NCBI GenBank assembly: GCA_013239625.1
Contig: MU056000.1
Coordinates: 9,246,232 to 9,310,231 of the forward strand
From: Lama guanicoe
Lineage: Eukaryota
Reading direction: 5' to 3'
DNA length: 64,000 bases
Below are positions 50,656 to 64,000 of the stretch, one piece after another (the stretch's first letter is position 1; each line of letters opens with the position of its first letter). The notes beneath the pieces are model-generated. The model did no database searches. It was not told the origin of the DNA and was given only the letters and a program-made list of their open reading frames with translations. The position numbers and the translations under genes were made by a program.

Positions 50656-51089
50656 TGTCATTATGTAATTTAAACAAATTTTAAGATGTATATTAAACAG
50701 GAGTGAAAAATTGAGATATATTCATCATAACATGACCACTTTGGAACACCTTGGTAAAGTCTAATTGATTAAAAACAGTACTACCCAGTTAAGAATCAAT
50801 AAGATTTTTGTAAAAAATACATAAATAAAAATAAGTAAAAGGCATGAAAATCAAGGTGAATGATTTTAACTCCTCAATAATTTTTTTTAGAAGTAGATAA
50901 TCATTGATGCAGTCTAGTTATTTCTGAAAATTGTATGAAAAATAAAAAGCTCTCATAACCAGACTCAAATGACTCATATTAAAAGAAATGGCCCTGATCT
51001 TACAATATATTTGTGAATGAACATTATTTAAGATAAAATGTTTAACTTAATGTACTTATAATATTTAAGGATTAGTGATATTATGTACG

Positions 51090-51275
51090 TATGGTTGAAT
51101 CCATTACTTCTGTGTGACTTTGATCAAGTTATTTAACTTTTCCATGACTCAGTTCATCATTAAAAAAATAGATTAAAAATAGTCACATCTCTTGGAGGTG
51201 TGGAGAACAAAGGGAAAACATATATGGAAAGTGCTTACAGCACTTAAATATCACTGAATGCATGTTAGCTATCAC
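51090..51275 (+). mobile_element. MIR SINE
   Basis: tgtgtgactttgatcaagttatttaacttttccatgactcagttcatcat...aaagtgcttacagcac...atgcatgttagctat. Confidence 0.75.
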
Positions 51276-54200
51276 TGGTATCATCACAATTTTAACTGGC
51301 TTATTTAATGAATAAGCCAAATACTAATATGATTTCCATTGGAGAATAAACCATCTATTTCTAAAGTTTAAAATATATTTAGCTTTACTGCCTTTCAGTA
51401 TACATAGTTTAAAAGTTAGCAACCTTATAGACTTATTTTAAATTTAATAAATTTAACTTTATTTTTTCCCAAAGAATTAACTTCTTTAGCATCTTGTTTT
51501 TCCATAAATCTAATAGAGATATGCATGAATTCCAAAGAAGCTAAGTCATCTGCAACAAGATTTTATTTCAACCCTAAAAACTTACTAACATACATAAAAG
51601 CGTATAATCAAATACTGTTTTCAATCCCTCTGTTATCATTTGTAAAGCATTTGATTGTTAGTAGTGAATAAGCCCCAAAAGGTATAAATAACACTTCAAA
51701 ATGATAATTTGGAATTTCAAATCATTAATTATAGGTTCTTAATAGTGCCATATTTTAGTTGTTTATTTTTCTGAGTGACTTAGTATTTTTTTCCCCTGTC
51801 TTAGCACTGGAATTTGAAAAACAATATCATGAGATACTCTGTTACGTATTTACAATAAATTCATACGTTGACTTTTAACAATGAATAGATCTTATTGACA
51901 CATATTACCACCGAAAGATAAGTAGGGATACAATTTATTTTATAGAATGGTCCTACATACACAAAATTTTCCTTGGATCAATTCCCAGAAGGATGTACAT
52001 CTTAAATAAAACAAAATTAATTTCCCTCCAGCTTTCTATTCATTTTGTTTTCTTTTTACAAACTATTAGGGCACAAGTATGTAAAAATTCAATTTCATAA
52101 ATATTTAGAACAAAAATAAAAAGGCATCAAGGAATATTCAGATTTGAATTTGTTTTTCTCTCCTTTAAACCAAATTATAAGAAATAATCATTGTATAAGT
52201 AATTTTCCAGTGACCTTCCCATGTTTTCCCATGCCTTCCCCTTTTATCAGGGAAAACAATATACCAACTTTGCTGTTTCTTTGCTTTCTATTCAAATGCT
52301 AACATTAACCAATCATGCCAATTTGAATGTATTCAAAGTCTACCTAGAATGAGGAGCATTTGAATTTCAAATGATTTTTGGAATACACATTCACAAAAAA
52401 AAATTGAATTTATTTTTATCTCAACTGATACTTGGTTCAGGATCAAACATTCCGCCAGAAAGAGATAGGACCTTCAGCTTCATGTCTTTGATAAAAAGCC
52501 TCCTTAATTTTTCAGTATAAGGGGAAATATTCACTTCTGGGAGAGAATGAATATTCAACCAAGATTAACAGCCTCTCTTAATGCTTGGAGTTTGTGGCTG
52601 CAAATTCATAGCTTCTATAACTTTGATGGGAAATTTTGAATTGGAAATATTGCACTGTAATTTTATAACCCAACAGAGGAAACGTGTTTGCAAGTAAATG
52701 ATGTAAGCATCACTTTCAAGAGAACTTGCCTATGGCTTGTAGTGCCAAGCAGATTTAAATAGAGCAGCTGCTTCCTGAGCAGAATTCTCTGTAGTCCTGC
52801 GGATAGATCTGCTCCAAGTGGTTAGGAGAGTTTCCCTTTATTGTTTCTGGCATGCATAGCAATCTGATCATAGGTGTGGAAGACACTTTTTAAAAAAAGA
52901 AAAGAAATATCCAAATTTTGGCTGACATTTTGATTATATTTGGGGAACATCTCATATATGACACAAATGCTGAGTAGACTCAGTTGTATGAAATAATATA
53001 AGACCTAATGCTAAGCTGTATATGGTATTATTGATTTAGTAGTTTTGGGAATCTGATAGATTCCTTTAAGGCTGCTTTCCAAATAGCAGGAAGCATAGCA
53101 GGTGGGTTGACTAAAACATTTCCATCATGAAATCACACATTTTAATTATTCAAAAGGTTTACCTTTGGTTGCCACCGGCTCCTTTGCAGTTCTTAAAGAA
53201 GTACTTACTTCTCTTTTTATATTTGTTCACTTCCATTGAAGATTATATATCACTCAGACCCAGGACTTCTTTATTATGAGTTCTACTGCAGGGTTCTTCT
53301 CAGTTATGCACATTCTCCTCAGTATTCATTATTCTGTCACTGTCTCTGACTCCACAGAGTATTATAAAATTTTATTTGTGTATCACAATAATTTGATCCT
53401 CCTCTAATGCTTAATTCCCATTTTTCTATGGTATTTCAGAGTCCTCACAATGTAGCCGTTTATAAATATCCCGGAAATAGCTATATCATGAAAAAAGGAC
53501 CATATTAGAGAAATCATTTTGCTCCTTTATTGAAAATAGTTGTCAAATGTGCATATTTTCATACTGTAGAGATTCTAAGCATAAATATAAAAAAATCAAG
53601 AATATAAACTTGCATAAATGCACAAAACATGTCACTAACAGTCATTCATAGTCCATACTACAATTTAAAAATTAGAGGCAGGATTTTCACAGAATTCTAG
53701 CTATCAGAACATTCAGGAGCTGAAGCTACCTCATGGAAATCATATTCTGGTGAACACTGCGGTAAGCTTAAATATATTACACATAAACATTCCCTTTACT
53801 ATCTCACATTGGTGTGGTAAACTTTGGAATCCTACAAGAAGGAGAGAGGGGAAAAGTCAACTCTGTTCTCTCATCACCAGATCTACCCACAGGTCACATT
53901 TCTTCCTGTCTGAGGCTTTGTTTTGACCGTCATAATGTTAAGGAATTAGTGCAAAATCTCATTTCTTCCTTTCTGGATGCTGAGAACATTATATTTAATG
54001 TAGACAGCAGACTGAAAGCATTATATTAGTTCTAAGGATTGGTCAGCATGCTAGGAAGATCAAAAAATTAACCGAGGTAGTACTTCCTTAATGTTCTGAT
54101 TCCCAGTGTGATTCTATTTCCATGTCAGCTCGACTGAAATTTATTTGTTGAAGTCCTTTGTTTTCTGACATATTTTGTGTTCAAATTCTTAAATCTCTCA

Positions 54201-56378
54201 ATATTTGTGAAATAGAGGACATAACACATTAATAGTCGACATCAATACTCCATTATATGTGTATAAATAAATTATAAGAAACCATATTCGTCTTTAGAAG
54301 GTAAGGAAAACGGTAATGGATTATAAAATCTTCAGAGTTAAGAAAAGACAATGTGGGAAAAGAAGGACTGGTACTGATTGAAAAAAAAAACTTCCAAAGA
54401 CAAAAAGATGTGTATAAAAGCCAGAATCCAAATCAGAATCCAATATTACTTTCAGTAAACCAAATTAGTTGGTATGATTGAAATATTTGACTTCTGTTTG
54501 TAGAAAGACTGGCTAATTTTCTCTTCCATTTGATGTTTTTGTACATTTTTATTTTTTTGTTTGAGTGTTGTTGGGAGGGTGAGGGAGTGAAAGTTGCCTT
54601 TTTGTACCCTGTACCACTGGAAGGGGAAACATGACCCTATGTACCTATGACTTTGATATTTCAGATTAGAAACAAATAGAACGATCACTGAGAAAAGCTA
54701 AGCAACTACCCCTATTTCTGGTGGAAGTTATGAAATACACTCAGTTATTAGTAACCTTAATCAAATGTTATTAGACAAACCGAGGTTCTCAGGTAAATCT
54801 CTAAAAAGAAATGATCAACTGAGACACAATTTTATTTCAGAAACTTACAAATCTCTTTCCTGTGAACCACTTAAGATATTAGTAAATGCCTCATAAAGAC
54901 TTATATGACTCTCCCAAGAGAAAAACTGAAATACTCGTCAGGTCCAAATTTGAAGAGGTCCTCTTGACTCCTGGATACCCCATCCCACTTCCCTCCACTC
55001 TTCCTTGATGCGTTCTGATATGCGTCGTCCCACAGAAACTAAAATATAATCACAAATAAAGGCAAAATATGGCAGTTTTTAATGCTATTGCTGTTGTGGT
55101 TTTTAATCTTAAACTTGGAAAGCCAGCAGTCTTTCTGACAGTAGACACAAAAATGATTGACAAGATTCTTGGCAGGGTCAGAATTAGGAGGCTTAGAGTA
55201 AACAAGTGGGCAAGTGTTCTGGATTTTCCATCTCTTAACCAACAGTTCTTTAAATGTTCAAAGCAACACTTAGGCCCACTATGTCACACAAAATATAATT
55301 GTTAATTTTGACTTAGCTCGTTGTGTAAGATAATAAAAATTATGAATACTTTCAAAGAGCATTTTCCTGTGTGTGAGCCTTAGGCGTTTGTAAAGGGAAA
55401 TGTGCACAAAACAAATCTTCTACTTTCGCCAGAGTCTACCTAGAACCTGACCTCTTTACCGTCACATCAAACTACCAGTCAGCATTTAGCTACTCATATC
55501 TGATTCTAAAACATTCCAAAAGTAGTATCAGTAAAGTAAAAATGTGTCAGAAATAGCATTTCTTATGGAAGTTGTTTTGACAATTTTAGCCTCCAAATCT
55601 TTGGTTTTGTTTTGCTTATAAAACGTTAACAGCTAACCAAGTGCCTTCAGTAACAATGTATTTTTTTTCTTTCTTACACTAAAATATCAAGGATTTTAAC
55701 AGCATTTTTGAGAGTAGAAAGCTTCTTTTAGTCCACTTAAAAAATAGAATATCCATCAAAGTAGACATGGAAATAAGCATGTTAACCACCTGCACAGAGA
55801 ATTGAGAGTGCTGGCTTACCCTCAAATGTTATGAATAGATGTGTCCCATTTTATTATCATGCAAATTCATCTTGTTTCAGTAATTTCACATTTTGCTTTT
55901 GAGTTCCAACTTTAGAGTCCTTGAACAAACAATGATCCTTCTCATCCAAGAAACAGTTCTACTTCTGTGTGAGTTTCCTAATTGGACTAAAAGAATAAAC
56001 CAAACAGTTTAGTATGTGAGAGTCAATGGTTTTCAACTACTTCTTCAGTGTTGTTTATGCTCTTTAGAGTATTGCCCAGGATGCTGGAAATCTGACTCTG
56101 AAAAGAGACAAAATTGTCAAATCAAGTGAGTTTTCAGAGAATTGGGCAGCAAGACATGTAAAGGTAAATATTTAAACCACCAACAGTGTGAACTTAGGGT
56201 CTTTGGCTATGTCACCTGGGTAGTCCCATTTTCCTGGGCAGTTTTCACTGGCTTCAGGAAACCGTAATTGTTTGACAATACCTATGTTTTGGCAACACAT
56301 GACCAGAAGAGTTAGTATTGGATGAACTTATTAAAAAACTTGAGAGAGAAGAAGTGGTTCTTGAATTAACAAAATAAT

Positions 56379-56379
<1 letters not shown>

Positions 56380-56409
<30 letters not shown>

Positions 56410-56508
56410 AAGAAGAAGAAGAAGAAGAAGAAGAAGAAGAAGAAGGAGAAGGAGAAGGAGAAGGAGAAGGAGAAGGAGAAGGAGAAGGAGAAGGAGAAGG
56501 AGAAGAAG
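56380..56508. repeat. Compound microsatellite (AAG)22(GAGAAG)10AAG
   Basis: Counted directly: AAG units at 56380-56445, GAGAAG units at 56446-56505; explains the poly-Leu ORF 56254-56511. Confidence 0.97.
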
Positions 56509-57639
56509 CAATGAATGTTATCTTCAGAGTCTACATGCCTACATTTAAAAATGTGGTCTTCAGTTTGTCATCTCCCATTCGCTCTGCTCTCTCTCTCCAC
56601 TGCTGTAGGGTATCTGGCCCAATGTTCAGAGGAAGTTTTCTAATTTAGCACCAGGTGCCCTTCCCATGTTTATTACCCTCTATAACAACAAATTTTCATG
56701 GGGTCCCTCCTACCTCTAGGCTGCAGCTTCTCAGTATCCTTTGTGAACTTAGGTTTTTCATTCATTTTTGAAGTGAATGGCAAATACCTGGTACATCAAA
56801 TTTCTTATTATATCAGCATTCTACTAGAAAAGTAACTTGGAGAGATACATAAACCTGAAAAATGAATAGGTCCTCTTAACATTTTCTATTAAAACCTACA
56901 TGAATATTGTCCCAATTCAATAATATATTACAATTTGTTTACAAGCACTTGTGAAATATTTTCCTGTCACAAGCAAAAGAACAAATAATATTTGTTGATT
57001 TAAAAACAAACATAGAGATCTTGAAAATTAAGATTGCAATCAATGCATAAAATATTTAATAAATCTTCATTGATTTATGTAATTCAAAATAGCATGAGAA
57101 ATCAAATTGCAATCCCATCAGTAAAGGAAGAATAATCTCAAAGTATTATTTAAAATTCAAAAGTGCTTTAAAGTGGTAGTAGTCTTGCACAGCTCATTAG
57201 ATCATAAAATTTGCTTTAAAGGAATATAAACTCAGTTGTGATTATTATTATGAGGAAAAGCAAGAATGTTAAATTACTGGCATATGAGGTTAATAATTTA
57301 TCAGCCTAACCCCTTGTTTATTACACAAACATCTAATAACTTTGATTACAACTGGAATCCAAGAAATATTTTAAAATAAGATAGAATAAATGAAAAGAAA
57401 CATAAAAAACTAGAACTGGAATGCCAAACCACCAACTGGCTATTGTTCATCCAATAGCTCATGTGTAGCAAGTTAAACCATCTTATCATCAAACAATATA
57501 TTAGCACTCCAGACATTACTAGTAATCCTATAGAGTTTGTCCCATTTAACCTCCAAAGTAAGATAGTAGGTATTTTCAGTCAGTATATAGCTCTGAGTTC
57601 TGCTTTTCCCTCCTCTAAGCACATTATGACTTTTTTCCC

Positions 57640-58480
57640 CACTATCTTTTTGTTTTTGTGGTGAGAACTCAGCTATCAGAATAACATGTGTGCCTTTAAA
57701 AATAATCTACCATTTTTGTGATAGAAGCTTTTAAAACCTTAGTTCTCTCATTGACGATTCAAATTTTCATGTGATACATACTTAGGTGAAGTATCCTATT
57801 CACTTATCTTGCTTATTATTGTTGGGTTTCAAAACATGTGTATACTGTTTTACATAATCATACGGACAATTCTCAGTCACCTCTTCTAACTTTGTCTCTT
57901 CCCCACTTTCTCTCCATTTATTTGGAAATACTGATCAGATACGTGATATTCCTTCTCACTTGAGCTTTCATTATTTTGAAAGGTTTTTAAAAATATTTTT
58001 ACCCCTCTGTGTCGTATTCTGTAAAATTTCTTTAGCTTTATCTTTAAACTCACTAGTGTTTTTCAGATGTTCCTGATCTGCTATTAAACCTGTGCAACTA
58101 CTACTGACTTCTCTATTTCTTTCTCTTTAGTCTCCTTTTAAATCTACTTGTTTTTAGATAGGTCTTGCTATAAATATCCTTTGGTAACTTTTATGTCTTA
58201 TGTATATTAATATGGTGATTTTGTACTTCATTTGGTAATTTTAGTACTGATGTCTTTAAAGATCTCATTCTGTTTTCTACTTTATCTGCTGGTTCTGAAT
58301 CATGCCGTTTTATCTTGTGTGTTTTGTGGTTTGTGATTGTGAGTTTGTATTCATGGAAACTTCTGGGGGAATTCTTTGAAGTCAGGTTTGAAACTGAGTT
58401 TCTGCAGAGATGTTTGTTTCTGGCTGACATTTAGTGGCATTGCTTGGCACATTTTAAATTAAATTTTGGCTTTCAGGTGT
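57640..58480 (-). mobile_element. Old L1 (L1ME-like), antisense ORF1-region fragment
   Basis: ttcaaattttcatgtgatacatacttaggtg...tctttaaactcactag...ctgatctgctattaaacc...ttttatcttgtgtgttttgtggtttgtgattgtgag. Confidence 0.6.
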
Positions 58481-60759
58481 TTCATATTAACCAACTTGTG
58501 TATATTTATAATACAAACCTGCAAAACCATGTGTGGTTATATGCTTTTAAGATTTTTTTTTCTTTTTTCTTATCACTCAGGGGCAAAATCACTTACAGAT
58601 TGTTGGATGAGGGAGGGGAGGACAAGTCGATCTATTTCACTATTTTCCCTTGGTATGATTGTGTCCTTTAGGGCTGCTCTTATATCAAAAGTTAGAACCA
58701 TACTTTTCCTCCTGATTTTTTTGCAGAACAGGAAGAAAATAGCCTTTCAGGTCCATAGTGTGGAAATCAGAATTTATACCCAACTATTTAGTTACAACTA
58801 TGCAATAGTCAAGAATGGATCTTTTACAGATTGAAGGGAAAATTGGTCATGTTTTAAATCATGATTTACAAGAGAAATAAAACTGTCCCAAATCTATTCA
58901 AGACTGGCATCAAAGAGCTATAGAAATATAAAAGTAATGTTGAAACAGGAGGTCCCGGTGACCTCATTAATCCTCTCTACACCACCAAGGTCTACTGATA
59001 CCAGTTTGTAGAGGATTTTTGTGAGCAATTCCAACTGTGAGTATTGCCATTTTGAGGCTTTCATTCTTTGTCAGAGTAATTAAAAGAAAAATCACTTAAG
59101 TATAATTCATCATTATTCATAATTACTAACCATGAAACCAAAGATTAAAAGAATAAGTAAACTTTAGAAGGATGAAAAGGCTACAACCATGAAAAAACAC
59201 TAAAACATTATCCTTTAGTTTTTATAATTGCGTTGTCCAAAGTATTGCATCATCTTTCAAGAAGGTATAAACTGGAAACATCATCTTTGTAGTCTATTTC
59301 TAAAATGTATTGAACATAGCTGAGAATTCAGAATTTTTCATATTCTGTACTTAGTGGCAAAGAGAAAAAAATTGATATGAGAAAACTTACTATTATTAGA
59401 TGAATCAGGAGATGAATACAGGGACAAAGCCCTCATGACTCTAATAATAAAAGTCAAATTAATCATATCTGTGAACTCTCAGACTGAGTCTTCAGGTGAT
59501 AATATTCTAAATGTCTTTTCCAAATTCAAGAGCCAATGAATGAATACTCCAAGAACAAAAAGAAAATGTAACATTTTCTCCAGTTAGAAGGAACTTTATC
59601 TTACTTCAGCTAGATTTAAGATCATCACTGTTATGAGAGAAGGCTTTAAAAAATATCCATATGCTTCCTTGTAAAGTAAACTCTCGTAGGATCATTATTA
59701 ACTGCGCTGTCATTTCCAATAACCTAATTCTTAGTTTATGCCATAATTTTGAAAATGCAGGAATTTTTGATTAATCTACATAATGCACATTGAGAGGGCA
59801 AACAAGCACCATTTGCCAGTTTTGAAACAGGTATTTTTCTTATACTTTCATATATTTTCTCTATTAAAGCATCTGATTTTATAATGCCATTAAATGCAAA
59901 GTTCAGCCTACACTTTTTGTTCCTGATGTGTGTAATATATAAGCAAATATGTTGACCCTTCAGGGAGAAATTGAAACTCCACTGAGCCTCTATTATTCAA
60001 ATCTCACAAAATGAATAATTGGGAAATACAACTTTCTTTACCTTTAGGACCCACAGTTGACACCTTCTTTTAAGTAATTTTATTTCATGTAGTTCAGGGG
60101 TAAAATCAAATAGAAGAAATCAACAAAATACCTGTTTTGTATCTGGAAAATGGCTGATAAATTCAGAATGTTGTTTAATAAAGTTTATTGGGTCAAATCC
60201 GCCTTTTGTCTAATTACAAATATTTCTAATCTCCTACCTTGCCTCTCATCCTATCAGTGTACTAGGGACTATTTCTGATTATCTGTTTGCCTGTAGAACT
60301 CAGGATGATGCTGGAAGAGGTCCTCAGCACAGCCACAGATCTTAGATGAACTCAGAAGCAAGATTAAGGGTTCGCAGGTTTGAAAGAGGTGCATGGCCAG
60401 CCCCTGGTGACGTTGGTTCTGCTTCCCAGACATGTAGTCCCTCCCTGTCTTCGCCTTTTGTCATCTTTTCTATTATTCCCCTTCATGTGGTAGCATTTAC
60501 TCATTTTCCTACCCACTGATTTTAGCTCCCTTATTAATCCTAACTCATTGTTAGGTCTTGAAATTTATTCCAGCCCTGATGGTTTCTCCACTATGTCCTA
60601 GGAAGTGCTTATGAATTATCACAGATATTACCATGTGAGATTCTTGAATGGATCCCCTTTGCTAGAATTGAAATGAGTTCAAGGGGCAATGGTCCTAGGA
60701 TTACCTCTCTTGCCTGATCTGATGTGATGCCAATCCTTGAATATATCCTGATGGCCTGC

Positions 60760-60870
60760 TCACTTGCTGTGTTCAACAAGCATTTATTGAGAACTATCTA
60801 TATCAGGGCCAGTGCTGGGCACAGTTTCTTCCCTCAAGGACCTCAGAATGCACTGCAATGGTTCTAAATT
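60760..60870 (-). mobile_element. L2 3' fragment
   Basis: ttcaacaagcatttattgagaactatctatatcagggccagtgctgggcac...ttccctcaagga. Confidence 0.7.
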
Positions 60871-61032
60871 TTGACAACATATAATGAGTTCTTCAAAAAA
60901 TGCGATTCCTTGATCTTCACTCAGGCATTTCAATCCTGTAGAAACAAGAGATCCCATAAGCCAAAGGAGGTGCATGGGAAACTATATAGGAAAAATTACT
61001 CCAAGTGAATCCAATTCTCATCAGATTATCAC

Positions 61033-61069
61033 TGCGTGTATGTGCGTGTGTATGTGTGTGTGCGTGTGT
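61033..61069. repeat. Imperfect (TG)n alternating purine-pyrimidine tract
   Basis: tgcgtgtatgtgcgtgtgtatgtgtgtgtgcgtgtgt. Confidence 0.85.
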
Positions 61070-61399
61070 TTATATGCATGTATATATGAATATATGTGAA
61101 TAAATATGCAAACCAATAATGGTGGAACCAATTATATGTGCTAAGATAGTTTACTTATGGTAATCAAGGCACTGGAGGTTGGAGGCTATCCCTCAAATTA
61201 GTCTTGAGCACTTTATTTTTCCCTTGATGCATAATTGACATAATATTAAATTAATTTCATGTGTGCAACCTAATGATTTGTTATTTTTATATATTGAACA
61301 CTTTCTTTCCTGGTATTTACCATGAAATGATTTTTAACAGCCTCAACTGTGCCTCTAAGCAACTTACCAAAGCATTGTGAGGGAACACACTGGAGACGT

Positions 61400-61612
61400 T
61401 TCAAGCCTGCTCTCTGGGGTCAGCCTGCCCTTGCCAGCTGAGTGACCCTGGGCAAGCTACTAAACTGTGAGCTTTAGCTCCTCATCTGTAACTTGGGTAA
61501 TAATTGTGCACACCTTTTAGGGATGTTGAGATGTTTAAAAACAAAAATGCATCATCATGTTTATAATAATGTCTACTGCATAACCAACATATAATAAACA
61601 AATGCAAGCTAC
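61400..61612 (+). mobile_element. MIR SINE
   Basis: cttgccagctgagtgaccctgggcaagctactaaac...tagctcctcatctgtaacttgggtaataat. Confidence 0.8.
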
Positions 61613-62322
61613 TATTTTTTTTCTAAGAAAAGAAAATTTGTTAGATGACTTTTTGAAAAGAAGGGAAGGTCTTTACTTCAAATATCAAAACATTTTGTGC
61701 TGTAATTTAAAGACTTTTTGCATAACTTCCTACCTTATCGATCAGAATAAATGACTGCAGTTTAGCCTCTCCTGAGGCTTAGGTTAGGGTCCTCTTTATG
61801 GTCATCAGATGTAAAGCCCTGTGATGAATACCAGGTCCATAATTTACTGATACATGGGATTGTTTGGCCCTATAGGAAAGAGATTCAGCTTGCATTGATT
61901 TTCTAGACGGTAATCTCATCCCTTCATATTCAGTAGACCTATTTTTACTTTCCTAAGGGCACTGAGTTCAACATCCTTCGTCGGCTAACAAACACCAGGT
62001 GAAGCACCTAAAAGAAGCCAGGGAAAATGATAATCTCAATTTTAAAAACAATACAGACTCAGACAGACTTAGATCCTTGCAGAGCAAAGCAAAGAAATTA
62101 AGTTCCAGCTGTTCTTAAAAGCGCAGGCACTTTTCATGCTTATTTTAACTTGATGATTTTGTCCTGTGAGTAGAAGTTACATAATTTTTGTTGAACAATT
62201 GAAACCACATATTTTTTGTCTGAAATGTAAATATTTCAAATCAGTATGATTTTAGCTTCTTATCACACCAAATACAAATATATATCACAATATTAACTCT
62301 AGGGGTGTTAGGCAGTAAATCA

Positions 62323-62700
62323 CTGTATCAGTCAGAAAAAAACAAAACACAGAGCCCACATTAGATATTCCAAGACTGAAATAGTTACAAAGCAGTTAAA
62401 AAGCTGGAAGCCTAAAGACCAGATGGCGAGGCCAAAGCAGGAAGCTATTATCAGCTTTTGGGAGGAGGTGGAGTAAATCGAGTGTTGGATCCTGGGCTTC
62501 TGGTGAGACTAAGAACCAAAGATGAGATCCAGCTACTTCTGGAAACTTCCCTGAAGCCGGAAAAGATAGTGGGTGATTCTCCTATCCCCTGATCCTACTT
62601 TTTTTTTTTTCAGTGACTGTCATTGGTTAATTGGTAAAAAAATAATTGGTTAATAGAAAAGACGGGATCTGACAGCAGACAGGCAAAGACCAGCACAATG
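62323..62700. mobile_element. Probable ancient ERVL-class LTR
   Basis: tgtatcagtcag...cagagcccacattagatattcc...agttacaaagcagttaaaaagctggaagcc...tgtcattggt; subfamily not assigned. Confidence 0.45.
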
Positions 62701-63524
62701 AGAGTATAAGGAAATAAATTAAAATATAATAACAACTTCCTAAAGCTCTATTATGGGAGAGCTGGATGTGTGTGCTCAGATATGCCCAGAGGCATATTTT
62801 TTGTAATATCCTCAAATTAATATCCCATAATTACCAGGCCCATGGTTTCTTCATTTTCTTTAGGTACTACTGCCATAAATAAATAACATAATTAACTTAG
62901 AAGAACACTAGGTTACATTATTAAACATCAAGTCTGTATTTAACTTGAAGGCAAAATGAAATGTCATTCAAAATTCCAAATAAAGCTAAATATGAGGAAA
63001 AAAAAGAATAGAAACTCTATGTATTCATCCAGTAAGGATACGTCGATGCACTGAGGCTCTCCTATATTAGAATATCCTCGAGCCTTGTTGACAATTGTAT
63101 AGCCCCATGCCTTCTAATAAACGGAGACAACAACCATCGTTAAACATTTTCTCAATGTATTTTCCTTTCACCCTTGAATAGTCCAAGAAATGGGGGGAAA
63201 AAAAAAGATCTGAAAGTAACAACAAATGTTAATAGGGAAGAAAATCCATTGTAGCCAATTTTTTTCCAGATTGATCATTCTCCCAAAGCTGTGCTGGGTT
63301 TCGCTCATTCTGTTCTCACTCACGGAAAGTACGAACGTTGCTGCTGCACCTGGCAGCTGATGGGAACATCAAGTTGAATTTGAAGTGCTGGGTGAATTTA
63401 CCTCTTATCTGTTAGTGAGACAAAGCTTGGGAATGCATTAAATCTCTCTAAATAAAGCTTTGCCATTTAAATACGGGAAAGGAAGTAACCAGAATCATTT
63501 ACCCAGAACTGTTTAAGGAACATG

Positions 63525-63675
63525 TTTTAGGGTGTCACTAAGCTCTCACAATGCCACGTAAAGATATTTATCCCATTTCATAAGGAAAGAAGAAACCAAG
63601 GCCCAGAGAGGTCAGAGTGCCATTTGCCTAGAGGAACAGATGAGCACAACCACAATTTTGGCAACATCACTGCCC
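63525..63675 (-). mobile_element. MIR SINE
   Basis: ttatcccatttcataaggaaagaagaaaccaaggcccagagaggtcagagt. Confidence 0.65.
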
Positions 63676-63684
63676 TACATCATA

Positions 63685-63880
63685 ATAATAACTAACACAA
63701 TTAGAAAGTGTCACACACACTCCTAAGAACTCTCAGTAAATTAATTCAATGAGTACTCAGATTTTTTTTTTTAATATAGATGAAGCATAAGAAGCACAGA
63801 GAGGTTAAGTAATTTTTCCGAGGTCATTCAGTCATTAAGTGGCAGAAATTGGATGTAGTTTGGCCCGAGAGTCCCCACTG
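63685..63880 (-). mobile_element. MIR SINE
   Basis: atagatgaagcataagaagcacagagaggttaagtaatttttccgaggtcattcag...agtggcagaaattgga. Confidence 0.75.
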
Positions 63881-64000
63881 TCAAATAATGTTACGTATAT
63901 CACCTCTCAACATACTCTGAAGGGACATTATGGAGATCATACAAAGAATTATATTTGAAAATATCCATGAAATATAAATGCTATACATACATAAATCATC

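Noticed and set aside
56254..56511. Poly-leucine ORF
   Set aside because: Antisense translation of the GAA/GGAGAA repeat.
1..64000. CRISPR arrays, operons, rRNA/tRNA genes, NUMTs, non-retroviral endogenous viral elements, processed pseudogenes
   Set aside because: No repeat-spacer periodicity, no long ORFs, and no recognisable RNA-gene, mitochondrial or viral motifs by eye. Highly decayed copies cannot be excluded without a homology search.

Overview
AT-rich, CpG-depleted mammalian non-coding DNA (intergenic or deep intronic) from a gapped draft assembly, with two N-runs. I cannot support any protein-coding gene, tRNA, rRNA or CRISPR array. The ORF-track entries are chance ORFs, microsatellite or gap artefacts, or transposon remnants. 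The window is a mosaic of eutherian repeats: LINE-1 of several ages, L2, MIR, MaLR/ERVL solo LTRs, the DNA transposons MER58A, MER44/Tigger7 and Tigger3/MER7, and microsatellites. The young L1 3' ends are of cetartiodactyl type, and I saw no Alu, B1/B2, Bov-tA/BovB, PRE-1 or SINEC. This suggests a camelid (inference from recalled consensus sequences, not a search). All family names and most boundaries were assigned by eye and are approximate. I did not find a convincing undescribed biological system. The best sequence-level oddities are L1-machinery footprints: a roughly 55-bp target-site duplication, a poly(A)-only insertion with a 19-bp TSD, and two possible twin-priming inversions. Other items are a (GAA)22(GGAGAA)10 tract, a perfect 14-bp inverted repeat, and a few unverified splice-signal or CpG-retaining islands that could be lncRNA exons or enhancers.
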